A DNA stretch of 64,000 nt, taken from Lama glama. Taxonomy: Eukaryota. The notes under the pieces are model-generated. The model did not search any database. It had not been told where the DNA came from and saw nothing but the letters and a program-made list of their open reading frames with translations. The position numbers were made by a program, and so were the translations under genes. Shown one piece after another: positions 11,338-25,210 of the stretch (its first letter is position 1; each line of letters begins with the position of its first letter). The stretch spans positions 106,456,001-106,520,000 of the forward strand of contig CM052817.1 of NCBI GenBank assembly GCA_028534125.1. Direction: 5' to 3'.

Positions 11338-14300
11338 AGTTGAACTAAAACGGACTTGGGAATTCATTTGATTACGACCTTAGGTCATGGAGACACTTTT
11401 CTATGTGTGCAGGGGCGAGGGGGACGGGGCAGAAGGAGGGGTGGTGCCTGAGAGCCCTGAGTACCCTGCCCCGGGGCTTCTGGCAAAAGCCTTTTGTCCT
11501 GCGCTGTTGACGTCCTGTCACGCTAAACAGATCTTGAATCTTCCAGATACTTGGAATTATACACATTTCTTTCTTATCCATTGACTAACAGATGGGCAAG
11601 GTTTTCATTCCTCAGACATGTACAAGTACAAGCAGTGATGGTTGTCTTAGAAATAAGAAAACAAAAAATTATGTCTCATTTCAAAGTTTAGTAATAGTAC
11701 ATCATGTGACATTAAAAATTAAAAGAATGCAGTTTTAATATTTTGGATGCTTTTTATCCCAATCTTTTTGACAATTTGCACCTGGTTATTCACATATTTG
11801 GAAAAGAACTAGAATCTAGAAAGTATATATACTTGGACCACACCTAACCTATATATATATATTATTTTTTGGAACAGATAATTCAGTATTCTCTATGTCC
11901 GAATAACACAAAAATAATATGTACCACAGAGATTTTTATGTATCAATTAATTATGCATTCCCCACTTAATTTTATTTGATACCCATCAAAAATGTTTACA
12001 AAGTTTTCTACAAAAGGCATTCAATAAAATTGCTAAGTTGCAGATTAGAAGAAGAGAAAAGAAGTAATAATTTCAAAGGAAGAAATGCCAGTCCAGGAAA
12101 ATAAATATTCATACAGGTTTGCACGTTCTTTAAGAGCACTTCATGTGTATAAGATCATCTGCTATTAATGCTGAATAATACTATGTTTTTATTCCATTGA
12201 TTGAATACATTTCAACAAAACCCAACCCTTAGGTTTCTGTTGAAGTTGGTTAGCCCCGCAACGTTGGGACAATTTATCATTTGGAAGAAGGACCAGGTTG
12301 GCCCTAGGACTTAGCATATACGTGACCTATGGGGCTCAGTTGCCTGGCACCAGCTCCCAAGGCCTCTCGTGACCCACTCATCCTCACATCCTTTGTTTCT
12401 TACCAGTGTACATCTTTTTGCTATCTGGAAAGCTAGACGAAAAACGTATCACGTAAGCTAGAGCTTTGTTATGTCATTTTCCACTGAGATCACTTTCTGG
12501 GTTCTGTACTGCACGTGAGTTTGACTAGAGCTTTCGTCATGGGCCCAAAAGGCAGCAGGATTCCATCTGTTTCTCTCCTGATAGCAAATCCTGTCTGGTC
12601 ACCACCATAGAAAAGTGTGGGTTACTGCTGACATCATTCATTCGGCTTTCCCATCCTTTTAAAGGTCTAGTAAATTTTCCAACATGGACCTTCTTCTTTT
12701 GTTTGGGGATAAGCTTTGTTTGGATCCTATTAATCGACTCCTGGAAAATTTCTTCTTATTGTTAACATGTGATTTTTTTTTCCGCCTAGACTTCATGTTG
12801 GTTATTTACTGGCTGGTCTTACTTTCATTGCTTGAGAGACTTTTTAAATCTATGATAAATAAGTACCTGTTTAATGGTCCCCATTCTGAAGCCTCCTGTA
12901 CAGAGTTACCCATGAAAGTCAAATTTGATCATGAAAGAATATCTTCAAATCAGAATGTTTAACCTTGCGATTTTTTTATTTTGGCTCATGTTTGAAATGA
13001 TTGGTTATCATGGACTCTCATTCGTGATGCCTGTTCCTTGTAAGTGACAGTCACATAAATCATTATTATTACTTACTAGTGGCTTTAGAGGATTACTCTC
13101 TCTTGGTCTCCAGAAAGTGAATTTCATGTACGTGTCTTAAGCTTCTACTTTCAGATGAGCATGGTTTTCTAAGTTTATTGAAAATTTGTTTTCGTTTCAT
13201 CTAATAATGGACAAAATAGTCTAAAACGTATTTTTACTAATTTAGATTAATAAGCCTTGCTCATACATGACTTTTAATGATTTGTTTTGACTGGAAAAAT
13301 CACTTTCATGGGCAAAATCACTTTCAATGATCAAGTTAATGTCCTACTGCAACATTTGTTCTGTCATGCTAATTGTGAGAGCATCTTTGTGTGATTTTTC
13401 TCTGAATATAATTTATACAGTCAGTAAACTCTCTCTGACGTTGTCCATAATAATAGTTTCATTTTGATGGCAAGTGAATGCATTAGAGTTTTTGGTTTGC
13501 TTTGGTCTCCCAAGATATATCTACCACCATATAAATCTCTCTTACATTCTGTTACCAAACCAAACTGTGTGCAATTGTAAAACAAATATACAATGAGCAC
13601 AGAAAAATGTAACCCAACAGGTGTGTAAACCTAAAGTGCTCAAGAAAGCGTCATTGAGAAAATGATCTATTAAGAGAATGTCCACAAAGTAGACAGATAA
13701 TATTCTAACTGAGAGCACTTCCCTGATATGTTTTTTTGTGTCCAGCCAGAAAGATAGTCTCTAACATCAATTAGCATATCTTTGCTCTTCATTGGAATCT
13801 CCAATTGTAGGGTACATCATTCTTTTGAATATCGGTTCATTGACATCAATGATTTTTCTCAATCTTCCATGCTATTTGATACTGCTATGTAAATTTTTTT
13901 AAAAGACGTTACTTCTATCAACTCCTATACCCCTGAAAGAGAATGCTCATACCACACTGACAGGCAGGCAATGCCAGGGGATCTAGTCACACGTTAGCTG
14001 TCAGATGCATTGCGAAAAAACAGTTTTCATTGTGACTGTCAATTATTTACTATTTTGTTGCCACAGCCATCGTGTACAGAGGCTGTGGGATTTCTTTTTC
14101 AGATTATGGCCTGTTTCATGATTTAATGTCAAAGCAAACTTCTTAGTAGAATAATACTCATGAATAAATGTAACCTTCAACTGGAGGATTAGTTTTTGGA
14201 ACCTGCTATCATCCTGTTTTCCCCTTCTTTCCAAATATAAATAAGGTAGCCAATCACCTTTGTTTGTAGTTCTCATTGAAAGGTCTTGAAGTGGTTCGTT

Positions 14301-14797
14301 TTCTCCGCTTGCTAAAGGTAAGTTTTTATACATGATATAAAGACATTTGCTTTTACAGATGTTGTTATTTCTTTATGTTAAGGGCAGTAACTTTACGTTT
14401 GGAAAACTCAGAACAGAAATCAGACCGGAAAGACATCATGGAACGTTGTAACCATCACCTGTGGTTGTTAACTGTCCCCATGTAGATTTATCCACTAGAG
14501 GCGATATTTTCCATATAAAAGTGTCTGGAATTCCATCCGCACAGGTGTCTTTTTATCAAATATAACTTCTTTCAGGAACAGAAGCATTCACATTTTTCAA
14601 CAGAAGTTAGCATGATAAAAAAATCCATATATATGTTTCATATTATTTAATTATGTAAAGGTTTATATACACATGTTTTTATTTGTCAGTTTTTTGCATA
14701 ATCAGGGTAAAAGAAGTACACATTAAAGCAAATAAAACATTGGATTCTTAGGAAGAAATCACCAATTTAGGAACATAACCCTGAAAGTGATGGGTAC

Positions 14798-15281
14798 TGT
14801 GAATGAAAAATACTGCAAACCACATCAATAAACAATGCTGAAACGATCAAGTCATCAGTGGCTGCCACCACCCGCCCCCCATTCCAGGTGAAGACCAGCC
14901 TGCAGCCCGGCCTCTGCAGCCACTCACAATGGTGCACCCTGAGGGGAATCAGAATAAGAAAGGACGGGACACTGGCCCTAGGCAGCTAGGTGCTTGTCAA
15001 TGAAATGAATTCAGTGAGCCCAAATGTTTGCTTCTTCCCATATACAGAAGAGCACTAAATTCCTTAACTTGAGATGCCTGGTTTTCTTTAATTAGCAGTA
15101 ATCTTTTAATGTTCCAACTACCTGGTCCTTGTTGTAAAACTCCTACATACCCTGGCTTCTCCCCTACTTCTTCAGAGCAGCACCTCAGAGCCATCTGGGA
15201 GGCTGGCATCCCTGCTCAAGTCCTCCAGCCAAATAAAACATCAATCTCAACTTTCAGGCTGTGCATTTATTTCAGGCAACA
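14798..15281 (+). mobile_element. ERV1 solo LTR (family A, copy 1)
   Basis: TG...CA ends; aataaa ~15231; TSD gtac/gtat; homologous to 34472-34954. Confidence 0.92.
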
Positions 15282-15430
15282 GTATGTAAACAAGGATGGG
15301 GTAAGGATCTCAATGGGATCCTGGTTAAAACAATGGAAAGGAAATTACTAACACCACAGAAAGGATGAAACAAGTATTCACAGGGAAGTAGAAGCACGAG
15401 GGAGGAAGTAGTCAAGAAATAACCCAGCAT

Positions 15431-15904
15431 CATATAAAGACATCACATCTTCTTTATCCAGTCATCTGTCAATAGGCTGCTTCCATGTCTTGGCTATTGC
15501 AAATAGTGCTGCTATGAACACTGGGTTGCATGTATCTTTATGAATGAGAATTCCCTCCAGATAATATGTCCAGGAACAGGATTGCTGGATCATAGGTAGG
15601 TCTATTTTTAGACATAGAAAACAAAATTATGGTTACCAGAGTGGAAAAGGGGTGGGAGTTCAAGATCTGCAGATATTAACTAAATTACATATAAAATAGA
15701 TAAACAACAAGGTCCTACTGTAGAGCACAGGAAACTATATTAAATATCTTGTAGTGACCTATAATAAAAAAGAACATGAAAAAGAATATATGTATGTTCA
15801 TGTATGACGGAAGCATTATGCTGTACACCAGCAATTGGCACACATTGGCAACTGACTACTTGAATGAAAATAAATCAATAAATAAATAATAAATAAATAA
15901 ATAA
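15431..15904 (+). mobile_element. 5'-inverted truncated L1 (twin-priming structure)
   Basis: 15431-15610 is antisense L1; 15611-15904 is sense L1 3'UTR ending in (AAAT)n. Confidence 0.85.
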
Positions 15905-16502
15905 GGAATCCAACATTTCTCTGATTGGAATAGAGAAGAATGTGAAAGACTTTCACGTGTGCTACAACAAGATATTCCCGGATAATCCCAATTATCATAC
16001 TGTTTGCAAAGACACCTAAAACCAGTGGATAAAGGATATTCCAAAGGAATAAAACGCTGCATGAAATTCCCCTTTCTCGATGAGCACACAGTGGAGAAAG
16101 CATTCATACATGGGAATTATAATAGAATTGGGAACAGGACATGCAGGAATGTGAATGCCTCCCAGACAAGGAAACGCAGGCAGGCCCTGGGTGAACCTGT
16201 GGGCGGGCGTGTCAGGCTTAAGTGCAAAGAAGACCCAGAAGCCAGGGGAGCTTTACTGAGTAAGCACAGAGAGGGGTGGGGCTGGCCAGTCTTGCAGTTT
16301 TACAATAATTTAGTCTAACAAGCTCATGGTTTTGATGTTTAATCATCTCAAATTTCTATGGTGCTATGGGTCTCTGGGCCTGAAGTCACCAAGTCTGAGA
16401 GTCTTAAAATCACATAGATTCCCAGTCTCATATTCTTTTCATCTCCCAGTCTTCCAGTTTTAAAGAAAAAAAAAAAATCTGAGTCTGCAATTCTTCAAAG
16501 TA

Positions 16503-17004
16503 TAGGAATATCTCATTTCATTGCCCTTTGCTTTATTGTGCTTTGCAGATATTGCATTTTATACAAATTAAAGATCTGTAGTAATCCTGGCTCAGGCAAG
16601 TCTATTAGCAGCATTTTTCCAACATCATTTTCTCACTTTGTCTCTGTGTCATATTTTGGTAATTCTCAGAATACTGCAAACATTTTTATTATTATTGTAT
16701 TTATTATGATGATCATCTGAGATTAGTGATCTCTGATGTTACTATTACAAAATGATTGTGACTCACTGAAGGCTTCAATGATGATTAATATTTTTTTAGC
16801 AATAAAGGACTTTTTAATTAAGGCATGAACATGTTTTTTTTAGACATATTTATGTTGCACACTTGACAGACTACAGTATAGTGTAAATGTACCTCACCTG
16901 CACTGGGAGAGCAAAGCATTCATGTGGCTAACTTTCCTGTGATATTCTCTTCACTGGGGATGATGTTCTGGAAATGAACCAGCGATACCTCCAAGACATG
17001 CCTG
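16503..17004 (+). mobile_element. Tigger1 internal-deletion derivative (Tigger1a_Art-like)
   Basis: Tigger1-like termini (taggaatatctcattt...gacatgcctg) with TA flanks; homologous to 37158-38267. Confidence 0.9.
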
Positions 17005-17329
17005 TATTGTAGCGTAAGGTCTGAAAACACAAGGCACTCTCTTCTTGAGGGAGAAGCCTGAATTCATAAAGCATTTTCAAACAGAGGTGATCTGAGTCTC
17101 ACCTAATCATCACCTAATTAAATTTCTGCTTTAATGAAATTATGAGCCCTTTAGCCATGCAGAAGTTGAGAATATTTGAAAGCATAGATCTTAGATTCCT
17201 TGTTCCTAAAGCCATAGCAGAACTAAAACCATAACCCTACTCCAAAGCTACTCAAAATCTAATTATCTGGTTGGATCAAACTACCATCCTTGTATCCTGG
17301 CTCTTAAATTGCCTAACAAAGGAATGAAA

Positions 17330-18930
17330 ATCAGAAGAACATGGCCTCTAGATAAAAACAAAATTAGAAAATATAAACAGAGCCACACACAGTCCAAATG
17401 CAATCACCAATAAAGAATTTTAACATATCTATGAAAATATCTCTAACATAAAAATAGATATGATAAGCTAAGAGATGAATTTCAGAAGAGATTTGGAAAC
17501 TAAAAAAGAGCCGAAGTGAAATTCTGAAAGTGAGAAATATATCCGATTAACAAAAAGAAATCACAGGAAGGGATTAACAGCAGAATAAACACAAGGCCAG
17601 TCAATAGAAATGTTTAAACTGAAGAACAGTGAAAAAGCAATTGAAATAAAATGACCAGAGTCTCTGGGACTTGTGACACAGGACTCAAGAGTCAAACAGG
17701 TAATTGTAGATGATGTTTGTAGATATGTTCAGAGAATTGATCATCCCGCCTGCAATGTGACCTTAAGGAGGATAGTTTCGTGCGGCAATGCGCTAGATGC
17801 CTGTTAAGAGTGAGTTTAAGAGAGGATGGGCAGATGTGAACTGGAAACAGCAAATGTTGCAGGTCTTTTGAGGGACTGCATGTGAGGACACAGCAATCCT
17901 TTTAATGAGTAAAGTCCTATAGTCAGTGTCTGAAATGCTTAGGAAAGAGTATGCACTGAAATACCGGGCATTGCTTTGGGGTGCTAACTCACTAAGAAAG
18001 AAGCCAATCAGAAAAGCCCATGTATTCCATTTACATGAAATGTTCAAAATAAGCAAACTACTGAGACAAAAAAAGAGATTAGGGCTGAGGTGTTTGGGAG
18101 GAAATGGAGACTGAGTGTTCATGGATAGAAGTTTCTTTTTGATTTTTTAAAATGACAATAAATACACTAAACCACTGAATTGTACACTTGAAATGAGTGA
18201 ATTCTATGATGTATGAAATACATCATAAATCTATTATAAAAATAAATGTTAATACAATTCACCATATTAAAAGAATAAAGGAGAAATATAATGATCCCAA
18301 TTAAACTGAAATAGCATTTGACAAATTCAGCCCCCACTTAGGATTAAAGAAAGTAAAGAATTCAAAGCAAACCAGAGAAAGAATGACAGTTTCTCAATTT
18401 GAAAAATTACCCACTAATCACTCACCTAATATCATATCTAAAAAGAAAAAGAAAAAGAAAAAAAGACCTGTATAAGTTTACACATAGCCATTTGGTTCAT
18501 AGTAGCCAATAATTACATAGAATACAAATGTCCATTAAAGAGAAAAGAGGTGAAAACAATTGTGGTCTCTTCACGTAAGGTAACACTACTCAGTAGTGAA
18601 ATATACACACTGCTATGTATGCAACATCATGGATGAATCTCTGAGTCATGTTTAATAAAAAGAGACTAAAAGCACAATGAATACCTGCTGTAAGATTCCA
18701 TTTATATGACGTTCCAAACATACCAAACAAAGATGTAGTGATAGAAATTATATGAGGGGTTCCCTGATCAGGCAATGGGGGTTCGTTAGAACTTTGAGAA
18801 GTGCTAGAAATATACTTTGTTTTTAGTGGTGGTCACGTTGGAATATACAGTGGACAAAACTCATTGAACCGTACGCTTACAACCTGCACATCTTCTAGGT
18901 AAATGTATATAAATAAAGCTGACAAAAAAC
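17330..18930 (+). mobile_element. Old degenerate L1 (L1M-type) fragments with probable L2 piece
   Basis: A-rich L1-like motifs such as 'atggatgaatctc' and 'attccatttatatga'. Confidence 0.6.
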
Positions 18931-20032
18931 AATTAGCCCACAATATTAAGTCTGGAGGACAATGAGAATGGTGCAAGAATTTACTAAAATAGGGCATTTA
19001 AAAGACAGAATTGACTTTGGAGAGATTCCTTGTGACCTCATGGTCCAAGGACAAAATGGCTGAGAATATGGTCCAATGAAATACACAGATTCAATCTCTT
19101 CCCTCAAAATTCATTCCACAACTCATGGCCATTTGTATTATTACTTACTTGCTAAATGCCAGCTTTAATTGAGTTATAGAAATTTTTTTTCTAGTAAGTA
19201 AAGGTGTATGTTTTGCATTCACTATTCTGAAAATAAAAATAATTCGTTGTTTCTTTTTACCTAATTTCCTAAAAACTGACCCAGATATATGGATCACCTA
19301 TTTTAAAGTGCATTACTTGGGTGTCTCAAATACCTTTCACTTCAGCTTCTCTCAGCTGAATTAGACAATTTAATGTAAAATGTGTTTTGCTTAATACTAG
19401 TAATAACATCAAAACAGTATTTATCTCAATTCATTGTTCAGTGTCAATGAAAAAGAAAACTCTTGAATCATGTCTGGTAAAATGCACAAGCAGTGCTTCT
19501 CTGGTGTCTTCAGATGCTAAGTGAGATGGTAAATAAGGAGTCAGAAGCATCCTTTGAAGAGGTTTATACTTCCGCTTGGTTCTAGTTCTCCAGGGATTAA
19601 TTATGGTGACCACACTAGCCTGACAGAAAGGACTTGGGAGATAAAGCTGATTTGTTTCTTTCTTCCCTTTCCCGCTCTCATTTTACACAGAACACAAGCA
19701 TAAAGAGCCACGTCGGGAGACACAGCAGATGCTGCTCAGAACACCTGCTGTAACAAGGCAAAGGCCATGAATTCCATGCAGGAAAAATGCGAAGGAACTA
19801 CTGGTTGTCAGTTAGACTCCTCGATACTCGTTTTGCAGATAGTAATGAGCATGTTGAGTCTTATCAGATTTAGGGGAAAAAACGTACAAAATATACAAAA
19901 CACAGCACTGGGAAAACTCTTTTATCCTCCTCATTCAGACACTTGGATGAAAGACACTTTGAAAGAGAGAAAAAACTTACCTGGATTTTGAGCTAATGTG
20001 AAAGTGTTTAAAGAGGTAAATATTATATACAG

Positions 20033-20059
20033 TATATATATATATATATATATATATAT
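20033..20059 (+). repeat. (TA)n microsatellite
   Basis: Seen directly. Confidence 0.95.
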
Positions 20060-20538
20060 CTTTGTGTGTAATGCGTTAATACCAGTGTTCAACTCTGTTC
20101 TTGGTTTTATTATTTGTAACTACAGATAAGTGAGTAAAAGTCTTCATTTCTGTGTAATCAGTTCATATTCGATTTCCCATTAAGCCATTAAGTGATGTAT
20201 AAGGATCCATAACGAGAATTGGGCTGGTGAATTTTATACAGTCAGCTTCATATCTCTGACAGGAAGAATCGTAACGCCACAGCAGCTTTCATAGTCCTTC
20301 TCACTCCTCATTCTGTTGAGCAATTCACTAATAAGCCATTTTTTGGTCTTTTTGTTTGTTTGTTTTTTTAACCACAAAGTGGGCACCAATATTATTTCTA
20401 TAGTCTGAGTTCCCCATATAACATGAAGACAGCAAGCCCCTAAGGTGGTTTCTTTCTCTGAGAAGTAGGTTGATTGATACATGTCACACGTTGTTTCTAC
20501 TACATTGAAACTTGAAACAAGTCTCACATCTTACTAGT

Positions 20539-21091
20539 TGTTACCCCAGGAGGGGACGGGAAAAGACCTCAGTTTTTGTCTCACTCAAAAGATAAGAATT
20601 TAGACAGGAGACAGAAGTTTTGTGGTGAAAGATTTTAAAGGTTTTATTTAGCAAAGGGAAAGTACCCCTCCAAGAATGGGAGGCGGGCTGATCCAAGGGC
20701 GGACAGCAATGGTCTTTGTTTGCCCCCTTCCTCTTACACCCTCGCTTAGAGCAGGGTCTCTTGATTGATTGACAGCTCTTGCCCCCGGAGCGCTCAGTCA
20801 TGCTCGTCCCCTTTTGCGCATGTCCTTACTCGTGATGCACACAGACAAACCCATGGGGGTCTAACCTGCAATGCTGATTATATTACAATGAACACTGGGT
20901 GATGTCTGGTTAGGTCCTTGTCACTACTGCACAATTATGGCTGTTGGGTCCCAACCAGATTCTTGCTGGTACTCATTTAGAGGAAGCAAAGCCCCTTTAT
21001 GCTGGAGGTGGGTATAACGCCATCTTCCGGACCCTCCTCCCTCTCCTCCACCTTGTCTGCCTGATGCCTCCACTTATCTAACTACCTAACA
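20539..21091 (-). mobile_element. ERV1 solo LTR
   Basis: tgtta...taaca termini; minus-strand aataaa ~20643; TSD tagt/taat. Confidence 0.85.
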
Positions 21092-22937
21092 TAATGAGTA
21101 ATCTTCCTCAAGTAATATTTTTTTTTCTATCCTGGTCTATGTGAAACAAGTACAAAAGGAAAACATTTTCCCCCAAATGACTCTGTGCCCCTAATATGAA
21201 GAACACACCAGTCTTCAATACATGGCAGACGTTGTTTAAGCTACTTGGCTTTTAGGATGACAATGATTTGAATTTGACTTTAATGTAGAAAACAACTACA
21301 GTACATTTCCATTTAGAATGAATGTAGTTTAAATAGGTTTAATTTTAGAACATAGGGATAAGTCACCTTCTGTTTAGAAATCCTGCTGTTTGGATGCGAT
21401 TTTATTTCAGAAAATCTGCAGTTACCAATTCCATTTTCTTCAGAATGCCGCCATGTGAATGAGGCTTTTGAGCAGAAAGCTTGCTGTTACCAGCCACCTT
21501 CCATTCACAGGACTGCCTTCCGAATGTGCTTTCAATTAGGGAATCTCAGTAAATTCATTTTAAAATCCACCCCCCCCAGAAAAACCCAATTCAACTCTGG
21601 CACTTTGAATCATCAGGCCATTTTGAAATGCAGCCCTTACTGTTCTTGACGTTGGAAGCCATCCAAGCAGGAGAAAATAAAATCAAAATCACATGCAAGG
21701 GAAGAATTTTAAAATTGTCCGTTTTTTAAATTGTTGTGCCAAAAAGGACAGATGGTCCAGTGAACACACACGGGGTCATGCATCTTTAGAAATCTAATCA
21801 CACTGTCCACCTTCCATGATAAATGATTCTATCTGTAAAGCACTTGTAGCCGTACGGAGAGAAATGAAGCAAGGGAGTATGAATTTGCGTTCTAATCGCT
21901 CAGAATGCAGAGAAGGCAGCCTGAAAAGTTAGCAAGTGAAAGAAAGAATAAAGGGCGATCAAGAAGTGTCACCAGAATAGCGTTCTCCCATTCTAGCAAT
22001 TGAGAAGCACAGGGATTTACAACAGAAAAATCTATGCCACTTTCAATTTGTTGTAATTCCCTCTTCATCTAGTTCAAATAAGCCCTATTTCAGAAAAAAA
22101 ATCTCCAGTAATCATCATATTGACACTTCATCTAGACGGAGTGCTAATGAGCCAAGATTTTCCTGCCATAATTTTTACCCAAGAGCTCACACTGTCACAA
22201 CCCATCAAAGAAACAGTGGCAGGCACGCTTTCAATCTCAAAACACTTTCCTCCTTCAGAAGCTTCTGTTTTCAAGTGTAGCAAGTTATTTGTTCCTGAAT
22301 ATCTGTTTTTCCTCCTCTATTTCAATTGTCTACATGACTTGTGATGAAATGAGGCAAGAATAAAAATGTTCCCTTCACTGTCAATTTGTGTCTTTCTCTA
22401 TCCTTTCTAAAATCTGATGATTTTCTTTTAGTCCAAGACCTTTAGAAGGAATTCTCCAACAGCAGCCGTGTATATATCTGATCTTAAAGTAAAGTACCGG
22501 AACTCCCAGAAGGGGAGACAAAGATTGTGACGAAAGGGAGACAAATAAACAAATTTAGTTTAAAAAAAAAGAAAGTAGAAAAGAAAGACTCAAATGTCTA
22601 GAAGCTACTCAGCAAATCTATTTAAAAATTTTATATTTATAGTACTTTTTTTTAGCTATGTCTTCCTGACGTCATTTTTTTTCCCTGATTTTATAAAAGT
22701 CATCACTGTCATACAATTTTTCTTTCTATTTTTTTGCTAGTGTCTTTGGATCTCTGAAGCTGATGTGCAATCCTAGTGGAGATAGTCAAGCTTCACTTTT
22801 AAAATGGAGACTCCTTTTATTCTCCATTAAGGCATTTTCACTGTTCACATGATAGAAATTCGAACAAAGAGAGAATCATTAAGTTGCATCATCACTAAAC
22901 CCTGCCCCTCCAAGAAACAACATAGTCAACTAAGCTG

Positions 22938-22953
22938 ATATATATAAATATAA

Positions 22954-23004
<51 letters not shown>
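22938..23004 (+). repeat. Compound (TA)/(CA)n microsatellite
   Basis: Seen directly. Confidence 0.95.
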
Positions 23005-23005
<1 letters not shown>

Positions 23006-23869
23006 CCCCTGAATTGTATTGCTAGTAAAGAGATCAGCACTTTCCTCAGTCTACAAATGTTTCCTTCTTGTCTCTTTTCTATCTCCCTGAGTCACCCAGC
23101 TTGGATCACAGTTATTCTGGGCATTTTGAGAGGGGAGGAGGGCCAGTTGCTTTTTCCCTGAGTTCAGATCACGTGGGACTGAGAACAGAAAAATAATATA
23201 ATTTTTTCCACCAAGCTCTTTGCCAACTAGATCAGAATTGGACTACATTTCCGCTATGGAATTGAACTCTATCTAGAAATAGAGTTGTTTCTATATTTTT
23301 TTTTGTTCTTTTCTGCTGTAGTTCTTTTAGTGTCCTGGTAAGAATTCCTATCAAAATGTTTCAATGTCGAACTCTGTAGAAACGAACCTCCTCTTTTCCA
23401 AGTCTGGATAATTTGGGTTGGAAAGACATCAGAGCAGTAGAGTGCTCAAAAACTTGCTCAGACACACAAAAACATACCTCATAGTCAAAGGATGATGCTA
23501 AAACAGGTAGAAATGGGAGGTGAGGAGGTAAAAATAAGGATGTAAAGGTATATTTACCCAACCTTTTTTTTTTTTGTCTTGAAACTGAGTGCAGTACTGT
23601 TGCTAAAATAACATATCACTCATATCTTAATGAACTAGCATCCTACAGCAATGCCCGGTGTTTCAGTGCATACTCTCTCCTAAGCATTTCAGACACTGAC
23701 TGTAGGACTTTACTCATTAAAAGGACTGCTGTGTCCTAACATACAATTACACAAAAGATCTGAAACATTTGCTGTTTCCAGTACACATCTGTCCATCCTC
23801 TCTTAAACTTACTCTTAATGGGCGTCTAACGCATTGCCGCACAAAACTATTCTTCTTAAGGTCACACTG

Positions 23870-25210
23870 CAGGCGGGATGCTCAATTCTCTGGATTCACC
23901 TTACTCCACTCAGCAGCTCTGTGGGATACATGTGATTCGGCCTCAGAATGTGTTCTCGGCTCAGCCTCAGGGAAGCAACACCGTCTCTGATATCCTCCTT
24001 CACAGATAGCTCCTTTCCTTTTCTTTGCTCTGTCACTTCATCTACTCAACCTATAAGGGCTTCTTACTTGAATGTCTTCTTTTTAATCTATGCCCAGCCC
24101 CTAGGAAACTTGATGCCATCTCATGACTTTAAGTGCTGTCTCTTCACTGAAGACTCTCCAATTTACTTCTTCACCCCAGACATGTCCCCTGTATTCCAGA
24201 CCTATATACAGTCAATCAAGTTTTTACATCTTCACTTCTATGTATAATAAGAATCTCAGACTTAACCTGGACACAGCAGAGATGACTTAGTGATTGCCAA
24301 AGTTCTGACTTAGAGCTGACGAGAAAGAGGGTCTCGTTCAGGGATGGCGTTTCTCTTTCCTAACTCATTTCCAGGGGGACTTCAGCCACTTAGTCTGGGT
24401 GGTGAAATGTAGGTGGAAGCATTGTGGTTCCCTGACAGGCTGGGAGTAGATATAAAATGTGAATGCTGGCTCTGTCTTCTAGAGGAGGACAACAAGGTGA
24501 CCTTGAAGCCACAGGATGGTAGAACCATGAGATAGGGACAGATTGATGATTCAGATTCATGACCAACCATGAGACAGTCTTAAGGGAAGAGTATCTGGAA
24601 GAATTTCCCAACCTGAACATCAACATTGGATTACAGGTGAGTGAGAAATATATTTTTATTGTGTGAATTCATTATTGTGTGAATTTATTGTGTGAATTTC
24701 TCCAAAAGATTTTGGAGAAATTCGCTCCAGCGTTAACAATAATACCTTAATCATTAGAGTCTAATGCATATACAGAAAGCGAATTCCTGATTTACTTCTT
24801 CATCCAATCCATCCAGGAAACAAAGAAATTCTCATTACCTGTCAGTGGCTTAGGTTAGCCATCCTCAACTCTTTTTTTTTTTTTTTTGGTCTTATAGTTC
24901 ATCTCCTATTTATCCACAAGTCTGTTGGAATAACCTTTAAAATAAATCCAGACTCTAGGTATCTCACCACATCTTTGTGATCTGTGCATCATCCTTCCTT
25001 GTGTTAACTGTCATAATACGTTTTTATTCACCCTGGCTGCTGTGCCCACCTACAATATCCTTGGGATTTAGTGATGTTTCTCATAAACAAGTCAGATATT
25101 GCTGATCAGGCCCCCAGTGAAGTGGACACCGCCGGATTGCCAGATTGCCTGATCATACCAACATGACTTACAAACAGTAGGCCTGTGATAAATATTTTTT
25201 GAGTGGATAA
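23870..25210 (+). mobile_element. L2 fragments interrupted by MLT1
   Basis: L2-like 'ccatctcatgactttaagtgctgtctcttcactgaagactc' and 3' end 'aaatattttttgagtggataa'. Confidence 0.6.
24290..24740 (+). mobile_element. MLT1 (MaLR) LTR remnant
   Basis: MLT1-like 'ggatggtagaaccatgagataggga' and 3' 'gtgagtgagaaatatatttttattgtgt'. Confidence 0.6.

Noticed and set aside
24655..24700. CRISPR-like direct repeats
   Set aside because: Eukaryotic context, no unique spacers; simple microduplication
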